Shown: piece by piece, positions 1-15,554 of the stretch
Position numbering within the stretch: position 1 is the first letter of the stretch
Layout: each line of letters starts with the position of its first letter
From: Octopus sinensis
Taxonomy: Eukaryota
DNA length: 64,000 nt
NCBI RefSeq assembly: GCF_006345805.1
Contig: NC_042999.1
Coordinates: forward strand, 152,272,001-152,336,000
Direction of reading: 5' to 3'
Position numbers and translations under genes: made by a program
Notes under the pieces: generated by a model
Databases searched by the model: none
The model's input: only the letters and a program-made list of their open reading frames with translations
What the model was told of the DNA's origin: nothing

Positions 1-7
1 CTGCTAG

Positions 8-63
<56 letters not shown>

Positions 64-130
64 CATACATATATATTCGGAGATGTACTTGCATAGCAAG
101 TGACCTGATCTGAGATTGTGTGCTGGAACG

Positions 131-379
131 AAAACAACTACAGCGTGAAAGGCGTTTATAAGCCATTTAAGAAACGCACAAAAACCATTAGATTCACTTC
201 AACATTTAAATTTGATTTGCCAAAATATTTTCGTTGCTTTGAGACCTCGACCTGTTCAACCACAAAATTCCGTGGTAGTGAACAGGTCGCGATCTCAAAT
301 TGAAATGATGAAGTGAATCTAACGGATTTTGTGTGTTTCTCAAATGGCTTATAAACGCCTTCCACGCTGCAATTGTTTT
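131..379. mobile_element. ~250-bp imperfect fold-back (palindromic) element, MITE-like or inverted retroelement end
   Basis: 131-215 (AAAACAACTACAGCGTGAAAGGCGTTTATAAGCC...) is the reverse complement of 294-379. An inner stem (TCGACCTGTTCA-ACCAC / GTGGT-AG-TGAACAGGTCG) closes an 8-nt loop. The left arm carries about 27 extra nt. Confidence 0.7.
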
Positions 380-414
380 ATATAAATGCATTTTGGAAGA
401 AAGTCTATGCTAAA

Positions 415-1110
415 ACAGCCATACTCTCTTCCTTCAGAGGAACTGCTCACAGCATCTAATAATATCTGAGACCTAGGAGTAATTGTTGATAACAATCTCA
501 GTTGGAGTGCCCACATCAACAATAAGGTCGATGTAGCTCGTAGGATGGGCTCCTGGATCTTAAGTACCTTCCAGTCCAGAGAACAAAGTGTCATCATTTC
601 ACTTTTCTCCTCCTTTGTACGGCCACACCTCGATTACTGCTGCTCCCTGTGGTCCCCCCATATAAAACAAAGCATCTCGAAAATTGAATTACCCTAGAGG
701 GCATTCACTTAAGGGCATGAGAGATCTCGATTACTGGGACCGCCTTAAAGTCTTGAAACTCTACTCTCTCCAGCACCGCCGTGAGTGATACACAATTTGC
801 TCGATGCGGAGAATATACCACCAGCATTGCCCAAACGACCTGAACATTGGCTTCAAGGTTCATCCCGGGCTGGGACCACGGGCCATACGACCCCTGCCCA
901 ATTCAGGATAACAACATATAGGTGCACTGCGACACAATTTCTTTTCCTCAACAGGCCCTGCCCTGTTTAACATTGTCTCAAAATTGATCAAAGAAGAAAA
1001 AGGATCCCATCACCTTTAAACAGAGTCTGGGCAAATTTCTTCAAGGAATACCAGATAAGCCACCCTATACCTTGATACAATTCACTCAAAAAGAACTCGC
1101 TACTTGAATG
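415..1110 (+). mobile_element. CR1/L2-clade LINE, decayed 3' part of ORF2 (RT C-terminus)
   Basis: Manual translation gives DLGVIVDNNLSWSAHI...VRPHLDYCCSLWSP, then DYWDRLKVLKLYSLQHRRE and TGPALFN...FKQSLGKFLQGIPDKP, with stops and frameshifts. These are typical CR1-type motifs. Confidence 0.85.
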
Positions 1111-1216
1111 GATCATGATATCACAAAACTTGACTTAAAAAGGATTTAGATAATCATATTAGATGGTGGCCTGGACCAATCTTTTGTCAAAATATATCTA
1201 AATTTTATCGAAATTA

Positions 1217-1252
<36 letters not shown>

Positions 1253-1254
1253 TG

Positions 1255-1285
<31 letters not shown>

Positions 1286-1548
1286 TTCCACCCATCTTCG
1301 TACTGGTCAAAAGATTAACATCCCTCAAGTAAACATCCATTGATGTAATATCGCCAGAGGAAATGAATCCATGAAGGTGATCAACCCGATGACCCCGGAT
1401 ACTACGGACTACACTGTGATCATCCCAGGAATACGGACGGTGATATTAAGAGACAAGATGCTTGTGGAAACGCGCGTAGCGATGCATTAAATGTTTATAA
1501 ATTCCATCTAAGGATTATTGTTATCATTACTATATTTATATTACATTA

Positions 1549-1820
1549 AGAGGGGTATTCATTAAAGATTCCCCTGACACACTTCAGGTTATTGCAGGAA
1601 ATTGAACTTGTATGGGTATAATCATACATGTCTTTACATGCCACATTGTAAATTTCAGCTTTCCACAAGTATTCGTTCATCTTTTAAGGATGCTGAAGTG
1701 GACTAATGTATTATAATGGAGGCAGTTGAATGCAAATCTGTGATCAGGTTCTTATACTTGAAATGTCGCACACCAAAAGAAAGTTTCGATGAGATGAAAG
1801 AAATTTATGGTGACGATGCA
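1549..1820 (+). mobile_element. Mariner transposon 5' fragment (TIR remnant plus transposase N-terminal HTH)
   Basis: 1716-1820 reads MEAVECKSVIRFLYLKCRTPKESFDEMKEIYGDDA, resembling the mariner N-terminal HTH. GAGGGGTATTCATTAAAG at ~1549 resembles a mariner terminus. Confidence 0.7.
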
Positions 1821-2036
1821 TGTATGGAAGTAATTTTAAGTGAGGTGTGGTGGTTTGTTTTGCTGTCCTTAGTGTGTTTGTGTCCAATTTTTTGGCACGT
1901 TTAATTCCATGGTCTGTAAGTGTGGGTGTGTATTGATGTTCAATGAGTGTTATTTTGAGGTCTTGTAAGCGAAGTTCCCGAGTAGTTGTATAAGATACAA
2001 TTGTACATATCCTTTTTGCTAGATTGAATGGGATAT
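1820..2036 (-). mobile_element. Penelope-like element RT C-terminal (thumb) fragment
   Basis: An ATG-less open frame on the minus strand reads NIPFNLAKRICTIVSYTTTRELRLQDLKITLIEHQYTPTLTDHGIKRAKKLD. This matches the IPxNLARRICTIVS...RL.EL...L....YP pattern of PLE RTs. Confidence 0.7.
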
Positions 2037-2039
2037 TTA

Positions 2040-2449
2040 TTTATTTTCCACAAGGGGCTAAATACAGACGGGACAAACAAGGACAGACAAACGGATTAAG
2101 TCGACTATATCGACCCCAGTGCGTAACTGGTACTTAATTTATCGACCCCGAAAGGATGAAAGGCAAAGACGACCTCGGCGGAATTTGAACTCAGAATGTA
2201 ACGGTAGAGGAAATATCTATTTCTTTACTACCCACAAAGGGCTAAACACAGAGAGAACAAACAAGGACAGACAAACGGATTAAGTCGACTATATCGACCC
2301 CAGTGCGTAACTGGTACTTAATTTATCGACCCCAAAAGGATGAAAGGCAAAGTTGACCTCGGCGGAATTTGAACTCAGAACGTAAAGACAGACGATATAC
2401 CGCTAAGCATTTCGCCCTGCGTGCTGAGGTTTCTGCCAGCTCGCCGCCT
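2040..2449 (-). mobile_element. Two tandem copies of tRNA-derived SINE family 1 (first copy 5'-truncated)
   Basis: Minus-strand head GGCGGCGAGCTGGCAGAAAC with B-box-like GAGTTCAAATT and tail ...GCCCTTTGTGGGTAGTAAAGAAATA. Matches the copies at 6790, 32093, 61017 and 61424. Confidence 0.85.
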
Positions 2450-3054
2450 TCTCAGTTTCCGACTGTCTTCATGCACAAATGTGCATGTTCTTTCTTTCCC
2501 AATTTGGGGTTTAAGCATTGAAAGAATATTTTGTGTAAGCGTTTTTCATTGAATCGACTTCCAACAGGCTTCTGTTATTCAACATTTTCAAAGATTTTCA
2601 TATGACTGAGAATTTTTGCTTTTAGAAAATCCTTTCACAAATACATGCTTGCATTCCAGCCCATAGACTCGTCCATGCTGGGGCACAGCCTGTCATATCA
2701 CCTTTTCAATGGCCATTCTTTTGTGATTGGCTTTTTGCGAAAGAAATTGTTCAATATTGTTGCTTTCTTTTGAGTTTTTTGCCGTTATGTAGTTTTGTGT
2801 GTGTGTATTTGTGCGTGTCTGTCTGTCTGTCTGAGTTTGTATGAGTAGAGAGAGAAGAGGAGAGAGAGAAAAGAAAGAGAGAGAGGGGGAGAGAAAGAAA
2901 TAGAGGGGGAGAAACAAAATAGAAAGAGAGAAGGGAAGAGAAAGAAAGTGAGTGAAAGAAGTGTATGTATTTGTGTATCTATAAAGTTATTGATGCGATG
3001 GAGGAAAAAACCTCAAATAAAGCAAAAAATAAAAATAAAAACGAAAAGTTAAGA

Positions 3055-3345
3055 CAGGCAGAATACCTTTAAATCTAATCTGGAAAAAAATTGATATTGA
3101 AATGCAAAGTTGCGAAAATGACAATTGATTGGGCATCATAGAGAAAAAATATATACTCAATGTATCCATGTATTTTGAAGAATATTGCATTAAACACGCG
3201 AAATTGAAACGAGACGCAAGGAAAAGAAACCTCATAGATATCAATAACCCCTTTCAAATGTTCAATTTGTAATTGAGTTCGTGTTTGTGAGGCCGGTCTT
3301 GTTAGCCATTCAAGGTTACATGAAACAATGCAGTAAGAACATATG
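3055..3345 (+). mobile_element. Old RTE-clade LINE 3' remnant with C2H2 finger
   Basis: Translates to YFEEYCIKHAKLKRDARK, then after a frameshift CSICN*VRVCEAGLVSHSRLH. This parallels the C-terminus of the RTE at 25458-25706 (CNVCSSVCLSRAGLISHHQIH). Confidence 0.65.
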
Positions 3346-3617
3346 TCTGCTAATCATGAACGAACGCTATCTTTCTATTGGTTGTCTGAAGAGACATATT
3401 GTCTATACACAATACCAATTGTCATGCTTTTGCATTGCATCTAATTGAAAAAGAAACACGTTTTTGTAATAGTCTGTTGTAAAAGCTGCAAATCATCCGC
3501 TGGGCTAAAAACGTCATCTTTGCATTGCAGCGCATTTACAAGTGGTGGTCATAATCGTTATTGAGTCCACTTCTAACATGTCTGAGGGTATGTACATACA
3601 TACCTATACATACATAC

Positions 3618-3700
<83 letters not shown>

Positions 3701-3712
3701 TGAATATATATG

Positions 3713-3754
<42 letters not shown>

Positions 3755-3961
3755 TATATATATATATATATATATGGGGGTATGTGTGTATACATGTGTA
3801 TGTATGCATGTATATTTATATATGGTGGTGCTCCAGCATTATCGTAGTTCCAGAACGGAGACAAAATTATAATATTGCATATACATGTACACGCACGCAC
3901 AAACACACATATACAAATGTTTATATGTATACACACCTACACATGCATCTATAGCACATAC

Positions 3962-4018
<57 letters not shown>

Positions 4019-4859
4019 CATATATATATATATAAATGCATGTGTGTATGTGTGTGTCTATCTATATGTTAGTGATGTATATATGTACCTGAATGTTGAA
4101 CGAGGAAAATGAGTGCTCAACACCTAATAGGTAGATAGAGTTTCTTTAATTGTGTATTAAGGCTACCATTGGTTTCATGTTTAGAAATATACAAAAATAT
4201 CTTAATATCTTAATAATTTTTCAAGCTGATCACATGGAGTAACTCCAGTCCTCCATTTGATCGGCTTGAGAAATTCTTCATATATATATATATATATATA
4301 TATATAGCACCTGAAGATATTCAGGGATCGAACTAAGTTGATACCAAGTACGAATCAAACAGAGCAGGAATTGAAATTGAAGATATAAAAGAATTATAAA
4401 ATCATTTGAAACGCGTTAGTATATTTCAAGATTGGTCTCAGATACTTTGGTACTTTTAGATGATGTTCATTCTGTCGCAAACATTCCGAGGACCTACACG
4501 CTTCTCTATGTTGACTGCAAAGTCTAAACGTCGCTTAGTCGAACATCAACTATTGTCCCTTCGCTACTTTCATTACAGCTCACTATATTGTAAACATTCG
4601 GAACAGATTCACTGTTCTCTTCTCAGTCACAGACACTGATCCGTGGTTGATTAAAATGGACATCAGCCACACCAAACTTACTTGTTTGAAAGAGTTGATA
4701 AAGACCAAGGTCAGAGTTCAGAAACTTCCCAACCGGCTGTTTTATAAATAAGGTGAGACGCGAGTAACCTTCATATCACTTTTAGCCATTATCTCTTTCC
4801 TTCTACTATGTTGCTCCCAAAAAGCTGTGGTCGACACAAAGTACTATAAGGAAACAATA

Positions 4860-4980
4860 AATGTGGTTCCGGGTTCAGTCCTACTGCGTGGCACGTTGGG
4901 AAGGTGTCTTCTACTATAGCCTCGAGCCTACCAAAGCCTTGTGAGTGAATTTGATAAACGGAAATTGAAAGAAGCCCAAC

Positions 4981-5031
<51 letters not shown>

Positions 5032-5305
5032 TGCGTGTGTGTGTGCGTGTGTGTGTACGTGTGTGTGTGTGTGTGCGTGTGTGTGTACGTGCGTGTGTTT
5101 GTCCCTCACCACCGCTTGAAAACTGGTGTTGGCGTGCTTATATCCCCGTAACTTAGCGGTTCGGCGAAAGTGAAACCGATATAATAAGTATTAACCTTAA
5201 AAAAGAAAAAAATAAGTACTGGGGTTGATTGAATCGATTAAAAACTTTTCAAGGCAGTGCTTCGGCATGGCCGCAGTCTAATGACCAAAATATTTAAAAG
5301 ATTAA
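4860..5305 (+). mobile_element. SINE family 2 (tRNA-like head, internal microsatellite, conserved 3' body)
   Basis: Shares GGTTCCGGGTTCAGTCC, AAAGCCTTGTGAGTG, an internal (TG)n tract and the CCCCGTAACTTAGCGGTTCGGC body with many copies in the window. Confidence 0.8.
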
Positions 5306-6025
5306 AATATCCCAAAATTGCGTGATTGCCAAACTAACTTCTTAATCACTGAATCTGAAAACAATTTTACTTTAGGTTAATCTTTCTAAGTTCGCCGTTC
5401 CTAGAATCGATCTCGCTTTTCCTCCATCCAGGATCAATAAAATAACAACTACCAGTAATACAATGTACTCCTTTCAATTATATCCACATATGTCAAACAC
5501 TATGAAAATTGGTTTTATCTCAGTCAAAATAAGCCGAAATTTCAATTAAGTGTTATTTATGTTTTAAAAAAATATACACTAAAATAATAATTGGATAATT
5601 ATAATGTGAACACAACACAGCAAGGATACACTAAAATACTGAAGTAAAAAAAAAACTAATTTTAGAACTGTTATTGTTGTTGTTATTATTATTATTGTTG
5701 TTTATACTGCGTCTGCACGTTATTTCAGTAAAATATATTTATACTGGCGGGACATATTGAAAGAGATAACAAACCTTGTAGTAACAAGTGTATGACTAAC
5801 AACAAGTGTTAGTAACACTGAAGCAACTAATTAAAAGCGATTGATTGATTCGGTTGGTGCCATGGGCAACTTTAATATATTTTCTTGAACAGTTTTCAAA
5901 ACGACAGACATATATGGACATTATTAAATATTTTTATTAAAGTTACTTCGTGATACTTGTGACAAACAACCAATTAGTTTAGGGGTGTTTTTAAGTAAAT
6001 GTAAGTATATTCACATCTAGATGTA

Positions 6026-6591
6026 TTGGGTTGTCCGGAAAGTTCGTGCCGATTTATAGTAGCTTACCTTTCGACTTATTTTAGAACATGGTTGAGTCCA
6101 TAAAATAGGATTTGACTACACCTCCATTTAAAGCACAGTTTAAGCTATCTTTTCGTGGAAGAAGGTTTATGTTCCTATAACCTGTGTTAATTCTGTAACC
6201 CTTTAAAATGGAAGATAAGAAAGTTCATTTTCGGCATTTGATGCTTTGGGAACCAGATAAAAATTGCTGCAGCTTGGCTGGGATGTGTTACCCCACCCTC
6301 CATATTCACCAGATATTGCTCCTTCGGATTTCCCCTTATTCAGGTCTCTGCAGAATAGTCTTAATGGTAAAAATTTCAATTCCTTGGATGACGTAAAAAG
6401 ATACCTTGATGATTCCTTTGCCATGAAACCACCTCAGTTCCGGGAAGAGGGTATTTTCAAGTTAAAGGAAAGATGGGGACGCACTGTGCAACGAAATAGT
6501 TCATATTTGGTTGATTAAAAATGTAATGGCAAATATTTATTGACCTTTTTCTTTCCTTTAAAAATCGGCACGAACTTTCCGGACAACCCAA
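6026..6591 (+). mobile_element. Internally deleted mariner (non-autonomous), copy 1
   Basis: TIRs TTGGGTTGTCCGGAAAGTTCGTGCCGATTT / AAATCGGCACGAACTTTCCGGACAACCCAA, with TA on the left only. Encodes MEDKKVHFRHLML fused to LGWDVLPHPPYSPDIAPSDF...WGRTVQRNSSYLVD. Confidence 0.95.
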
Positions 6592-6789
6592 GGAAAAGAA
6601 ACCTCATGTTATACGCTGATCAAAGCATTCGAACGGAAATCGATAGCTGGAAACTGCGTAGAAGCCATTGTGTTTATGTATGTAACTAACAGTGTTTACT
6701 AGTGCATCGAGCTCCACCATTTTATTTCAAAAGTAACCTAACCATTCGATAAGCAATAATCGATAAAATAGGTATTACACTGGAATATA

Positions 6790-7013
6790 TTTATTTCTTT
6801 ATTACCCAAAAGGGGCTAAACATAGAGGGGACAAACAAGGACATACAAAGGGATTAAGTCGATTAGAACGACCCCAGTGCGAAACTGGTACTTAATTTAT
6901 TGACCCCGAAAGGATGAAAGGCAAAGTCGACCTCGGCGGAATTTGAACTCAGAACGTAAAGACAGACGAAATACTGCTAAGCATTTCACCCGGCGTGCTA
7001 ACGATTCTGCCAG
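6790..7013 (-). mobile_element. SINE family 1
   Basis: Reverse complement of the 32093 copy; possible TSD CTGGA(A/G)TATAT. Confidence 0.85.
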
Positions 7014-7129
7014 TTCTGGAGTATATTGCTGACCAGATTCCTAAAGAGAAGTAAAATGATGAAAGTACGCACACGTGCACATATACATATGCGTTTCTCG
7101 GACTATATTTTCAATATAAGATATTCTTT

Positions 7130-7608
<479 letters not shown>

Positions 7609-8080
7609 CAATGAAATTTGCACATTGACACTAACGAACCATTTGAACACTTTCTCCTAGTCAATCTACTCGTGATTTGTTGCTCAAATTTCACCTTGTT
7701 GGTTAAAATTTTCTCTAAAGAAAGCTTTCGCTATCAAATTTATTCACTCATCGTACTGTTCTTGTACGTTGTCCCTACACATATACATGCGAGTAACCTG
7801 TGTGTGATTTGTCGTTCAGATTTCAACTCGATAAGCGAATGGACTGCTTGTCATTTTTATACGTGTGCGTAGTCGGCTCATAGTTCGTTGGCTAAATTTC
7901 AGCTCCTTACGCGAATTTAATATTCTTCGGAAAAACGATTCGTTATTCAACTTCATCGTTTAGAGACTCGTACGTATATAGGTATCTAATGTACATACGA
8001 ATTGTATATAAACTGCAACACATCCCTTCCATTTGTTGCGTGGTTTTATTCGCATAGATTTAATATACATGCAAAGAAGG

Positions 8081-8612
8081 CAACATGGCGTCTTCGTTGA
8101 TTCACTCTAGCAACAAAATACTTTTATAATGCATCTATTTCCAATACAAATTCAATGTTTTCTTCGATAGCTCGTAGAGTTACATTTTCAATTTCCTTTC
8201 TCGAATCTTCAAACGTGTTCTATAGAGAATGTGATAAAAGAAATGTTTTATTTCGATCTAGAAGCTAACTATATCATTCCCTACAGCTGTTTCACTCATT
8301 CCGAACGAGAAAGACATTTCCTTGGGAGATAGTATATTGAAGAAGATTAATTTCGTTAATATCAATAATGCCTTTTAACTATCATTTAACTTGAAACCTG
8401 ATTCATTAGCGACGTTTCCACCGTGTTCTTATTCTCTTCTCTGACTGTCATTCTATCCAAATTACATATATCCTTAGGTATTTTATCTGCTGAGACGCGG
8501 AAATATCATTCGTGATACAGAAAGGAACATTTATGAGTTGATACAATTTCCCGTTTGCTTCAAACGCTTGTTATAAACTACCTTCCGGAACCGGAACTAA
8601 GAAGCAGTGAGT
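8081..8612 (+). promoter_or_regulatory. Candidate promoter / first non-coding exon
   Basis: Repeat-free, relatively CpG-rich block. It has a YY1-like CAACATGGCG (8081), tandem ETS-like CTTCCGG / ACCGGAA (8582-8596) and a donor-like CA|GTGAGT (8607). Confidence 0.3.
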
Positions 8613-9640
8613 ATGCTCTATCTAGAGCGAGAAAACTCAAACAGTCATATTTGGTTTTGTAATATATTTGTTGAAAATGTTGTCATTTTTTGTTCAATAA
8701 AAATACAATTATCTTGTCTTCCTGTGAAGCCCTGGTTAGGTAGTTATAGAGCTAGAATGTTTTCTGGAAGCTCAATCCTCAAGTAACTGGTTCGATATCA
8801 ATCCTATTTGCTCAGATTTGGATTATGAAAGATTGAAAGACGCTTAACATTAGTCACTTAATCAACACTTGTACTTATTATCCCGATGTCTCGCTTATAT
8901 TTGTGTTTCGTTATATTTATCCTGTGAAAAGAAACGGCGTGTATTATTTGCAGTGATTTAGCCAGTGGACATGACTTCGTATATATATAATCAAAATAAG
9001 CAACAGGATATCCAAAGGTGATGCAATACGACCGCTTCAAGTGGCTCCATTTAATTGAATAATGCAATCGTTACATCAATTTAAATGCAGGGCTATCCTA
9101 AGCTACATAAATAAATAAATAAATAAATAGAATTTTTTAATCAGTCACACACATTAATATAATTTTACTTAAATACTCTAATAGAGTAAGAAAACAGACA
9201 AAGACCATGCTGCCACCACTTCAGCTTAGAATTTACTAGACATTAGGGAAAAAAATTTTTGGGGTCATAGCTTGTAACGGATTTTGGTTCAGTTTTAATT
9301 TATTAGTCTTGTTTATCAATTACCAAATCTAGGACTAAAGTATTGTGTCTGTAAGGAAAAGGCAGGAGAGAGATGACAGAACATAGATTATTTTGAAGTA
9401 GTAAAAAGTAACTGACTATAAGGAGTTTATGTAGTGGAAGACCTCAAATCAAGATGTTAATTATCAGTTAAAGGGGCAAGACGCCAATAAAATTAATGAT
9501 GATAATACAGAGGAAATTTTATGATGGTTTAGATGATTGATTTTAAACAATATTGTTATGTTGTATAAAGATAAAATTTAGGATTATCAAGAAAGATATT
9601 ATAACCAAAAAGATAAATTTTGTATATATATCAAATTTTT

Positions 9641-10337
9641 CAACAATAGAGAGAAAATTACATAGAATTAGTTTAAGATTCATTCATATATTTAATTATT
9701 TACTTATTAGGTGGTACCTATAAAGACTGATCCCGTATTTACTAATGGAATACTGGGGCGATAAAACATGCTAACTATATATTTATTATAAGCTAATAGG
9801 TATATTATAAGTTGTGAAGTTACCGGTGCTGTTATGTACAAACTAATATAATTTTCTTGAGGTACATAATTAGGAGGTCTACTTACATAAATGCCATCAT
9901 AAAAATAATAATATGATCAGTAGAAAGTAGAAATAATAATATGGCCATAGAAAGGAATACATAGTTTAATCACTAACACCATGATGAAGTAAATACACCA
10001 TATTATCAACAATAGAAAGAAAAGATTACATAGAATTAGTTTATTGTTCTATCATATACTTAATTATTTACTTATTGGGTGGTATCTATAAAGTCTGATC
10101 TAAGTATTTACTAATGGAATATTGGGTCGATTAAGCATACTAAATATATATTAATTATAAGCTAAGAAGTATAAGTTGTAAAGTTACCAGTGCTAATACA
10201 TGCACGATAATATAGTGTCCTAGGGGTACAAAATAGGAGGACTGCTTACATAAAGGCCTTTATAAAAATATGATCAGTAGAGTAGAACACTATAGAAAGG
10301 AATAAATAGTTTAATTACTAAAACCATGACGAAGTTA
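9641..10337. repeat. Diverged tandem duplication of a ~350-bp AT-rich unit
   Basis: 9641-9992 and 10007-10337 align throughout (CAACAATAGA...TTACATAGAATTAGTTTA...ACCATGAYGAAGT) with many substitutions. Confidence 0.85.
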
Positions 10338-10591
10338 GACTAACTAGGCCGGAATATTCCTAGGATAGTAGCTCCATGCAGCACACTAACTTACTATACC
10401 ATATAGCGTATATTATATACAATGTACTTTAATTCATCATATAACTCAATATCACATAATTCATTTATAAATATACAATACTAGAGGGTAAGTTTAATAA
10501 GATACAACACTAAAAATTAGAAATCAGTTTCCATCAATCCAGCACCTATAAAGCGCTAGTTTCGAAAATATTTAAATGTACTGGTGTCACC

Positions 10592-10946
10592 ATGTGGCCT
10601 TGCTAGAGCACCGCCTTTAGTCGAGCAACTCGATCCCGGGACTTATTCTTTTTTGTTAGCCCAGTACTTATTCTATCGGTCTCTTTTTGCCGAACCGCTA
10701 AATGACGGGGAGGTAAACACACCAGCATCGGTTGTCAAGGGGAACAAACACAGACACACAACCACACACACATACATATAAATATATACATATATACGAC
10801 AGGCTTCTTTCAGTTTCCGTCTACCAAATCCACTCACAAGGCATTGGTCGGCCCGGGGCTATAGCAGAAGACACTTGCCCAAGATGCCACGCAGTGGGAC
10901 TGAACCCGGAACCATGTGGTTGGTTAGCAAGCTACTTACCACACAT
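10592..10946 (-). mobile_element. SINE family 2
   Basis: Body and head match the copy at 27116-27545 closely. Confidence 0.85.
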
Positions 10947-10961
10947 CCAATATATATGTAT

Positions 10962-13050
<2,089 letters not shown>

Positions 13051-13294
13051 ACAGAAGCATATATATTATAATATATATAATATATAATATTATATATTAT
13101 ATATTATATTTGTGTATTTCGAGATGGTCATTTTCCCATCCCAAAATAAACACACTCAAGCATCTCACCACACAGCCACGCCTGCACCTATATATTTATA
13201 TATGAGTGTGTGTGTGCACGTGTGTGAGTGAGTGTATATATGTTTGTGTGTCTGTGTTTGTACCTCCTCCATCGCTTGACAATTGATGTTGGTG

Positions 13295-13452
13295 TGTTTA
13301 CGTCCCCGTAACTTCGTGCTTCGGCAAAAGAGCCCGGTAGAATACGTACTAGGCTTATAAAGAGTAAGTCCTTGGGTGGACTTTTTCGACTAACGGCGGT
13401 GCTCCAGTATGGCCAAAGTCAAATAACTGAAACAAACAAAATAATAAAAGAG

Positions 13453-13488
<36 letters not shown>

Positions 13489-14579
13489 CATACATACATA
13501 CATACATACATACATACATGCATACATACATACATACATACATACATACATACATACCATACATACATCATTACATACATACATACATACCCCATTGTGC
13601 TACTACTGTCCTAAGACCCGAAAATATGGTATTTGATAATTAGGTAATTAGGGCGGCGAATTAGCAAAATCGTTACCGCACGGGACGAAATATTAGCGAC
13701 ATTTCGTCCCGCATTTACGTTGAGTTCAAATACCACCTCGGTCGATATTGCCTTTCGTGCTTTCGAGGTCGATAAAATAAACACCAGATAAAATAAACTT
13801 TGAACCAAAATTTGAAATCAATATTTATTAGCTAATTGTTTAAGTATTAACTAATTGATGATTTGATTAATCGTTCGGTTAATCAACAAGTCAGATCCTT
13901 CTCAAAGTATTTCGTCGCCATTTGCGATCTCATCCATGGCATGCTTTCTATACTCCAGATCTGCTTCAAACCTGTCTGTCTGTCCCTTTACTCTTTTACT
14001 CTTTTACTTGTTTCAGTCATTTGACTGTGGCCATATTGGAGCACCGCCTTTTTTGTCGTGCAACTGGACCCCCAGACTTATTCTGTGTAAGCCTAGTACT
14101 TATTATATCGGTCTCTTTTGCTGAACCGCTAAGTTACGGGGACGTAAACACACTAGCATCGGTGTGAAGCGATGTTGGGGGACAAACACAGACACACAAA
14201 CATACACACACACTCACACACACACACACACATCTATATATATATATATGTGCACACACATACATACATAATATATATATACAACGGGCTTCTTTCAGTT
14301 TCCGTCTATATATATATATGTGTGTGTGTATATATATATATGCGTGTGAGTGTCTTTCCGTTTATCCCCACCACCACTTGATAACCTGTGTTGGTTGTTT
14401 ACGTCCCCGTAACTTCGTGCTTCGGCAAAAGAGCCCGGTAGAATACGTACTAGGCTTATAAAGAGTAAGTCCTTGGGTCGATTTTTTCGACTAACGGCGG
14501 TGCTCCAGTATGGCCAAAGTCAAATAACTGAAACAAACAAAAGAATAAAAGAGTGTATATATATATATATATTATATAT

Positions 14580-14621
<42 letters not shown>

Positions 14622-15554
14622 CATACATACATACATACATACATACATACATACATACATACATACATACATGCATACATACATACATACATACATACAT
14701 ACATACATACATACATACATACATACATACATACCCCATTGTGCTACTACTGTCCTAAGACCCGAAAATATGGTATTTGATAATTAGGTAATTAGGGCGG
14801 CGAATTAGCAAAATCGTTACCGCACGGGACGAAATACTTAGCGACATTTCGTCCCGCATTTACGTTGAGTTCAAATACCACCTCGGTCGATATTGCCTTT
14901 CGTGCTTTCGAGGTCGATAAAATAAACACCAGATAAAATAAACTTTGAACCAAAATTTGAAATCAATATTTATTAGCTAATTGTTTAAGTATTAACTAAT
15001 TGATGATTTGATTAATCGTTCGGTTAATCAACAAGTCAGATCCTTTCTCAAAGTATTTCGTCGCCATTTGCGATCTCATCCATGGCATGCTTTCTATACT
15101 CCAGATCTGCTTCAAACCTGTCTGTCTGTCCCTTTACTCTTTTACTCTTTTACTTGTTTCAGTCATTTGACTGTGGCCATATTGGAGCACCGCCTTTTTT
15201 GTCGTGCAACTGGACCCCCAGACTTATTCTGTGTAAGCCTAGTACTTATTATATCGGTCTCTTTTGCTGAACCGCTAAGTTACGGGGACGTAAACACACT
15301 AGCATCGGTTGTGAAGCGATGTTGGGGGACAAACACAGACACACAAACATACACACACACTCACACACACACACACACATCTATATATATATATGTGCAC
15401 ACACATACATACATACATATATATATACAACGGGCTTCTTTCAGTTTCCGTCTATATATATATATGTGTGTGTGTGTATATATATATATGCGTGTGAGTG
15501 TCTTTCCGTTTATCCCCACCACCACTTGATAACCTGTGTTGGTTTGTTTACGTC
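13295..15554. repeat. Near-identical ~1.1-kb tandem duplication between SINE copies
   Basis: 13295-14395 repeats as 14396-15544. Each unit holds a family-2 SINE 3' half, a family-1-like SINE and an inverted family-2 SINE. Confidence 0.9.

Noticed and set aside
4627-4752. Exon-like segment with a good acceptor and AAG|GTGAGA donor
   Set aside because: All three frames contain a stop, so at best it is a non-coding exon with no other support.
6589-6607. 19-bp match CAAGGAAAAGAAACCTCAT to the RTE remnant at ~3217-3235
   Set aside because: The match is short and A-rich and does not extend on either side, so it cannot be distinguished from chance.
9200-10580. Possible mitochondrial insertion (NUMT)
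   Set aside because: I found no rRNA landmark motifs, tRNA cloverleaf or open mitochondrial-code frame by eye.
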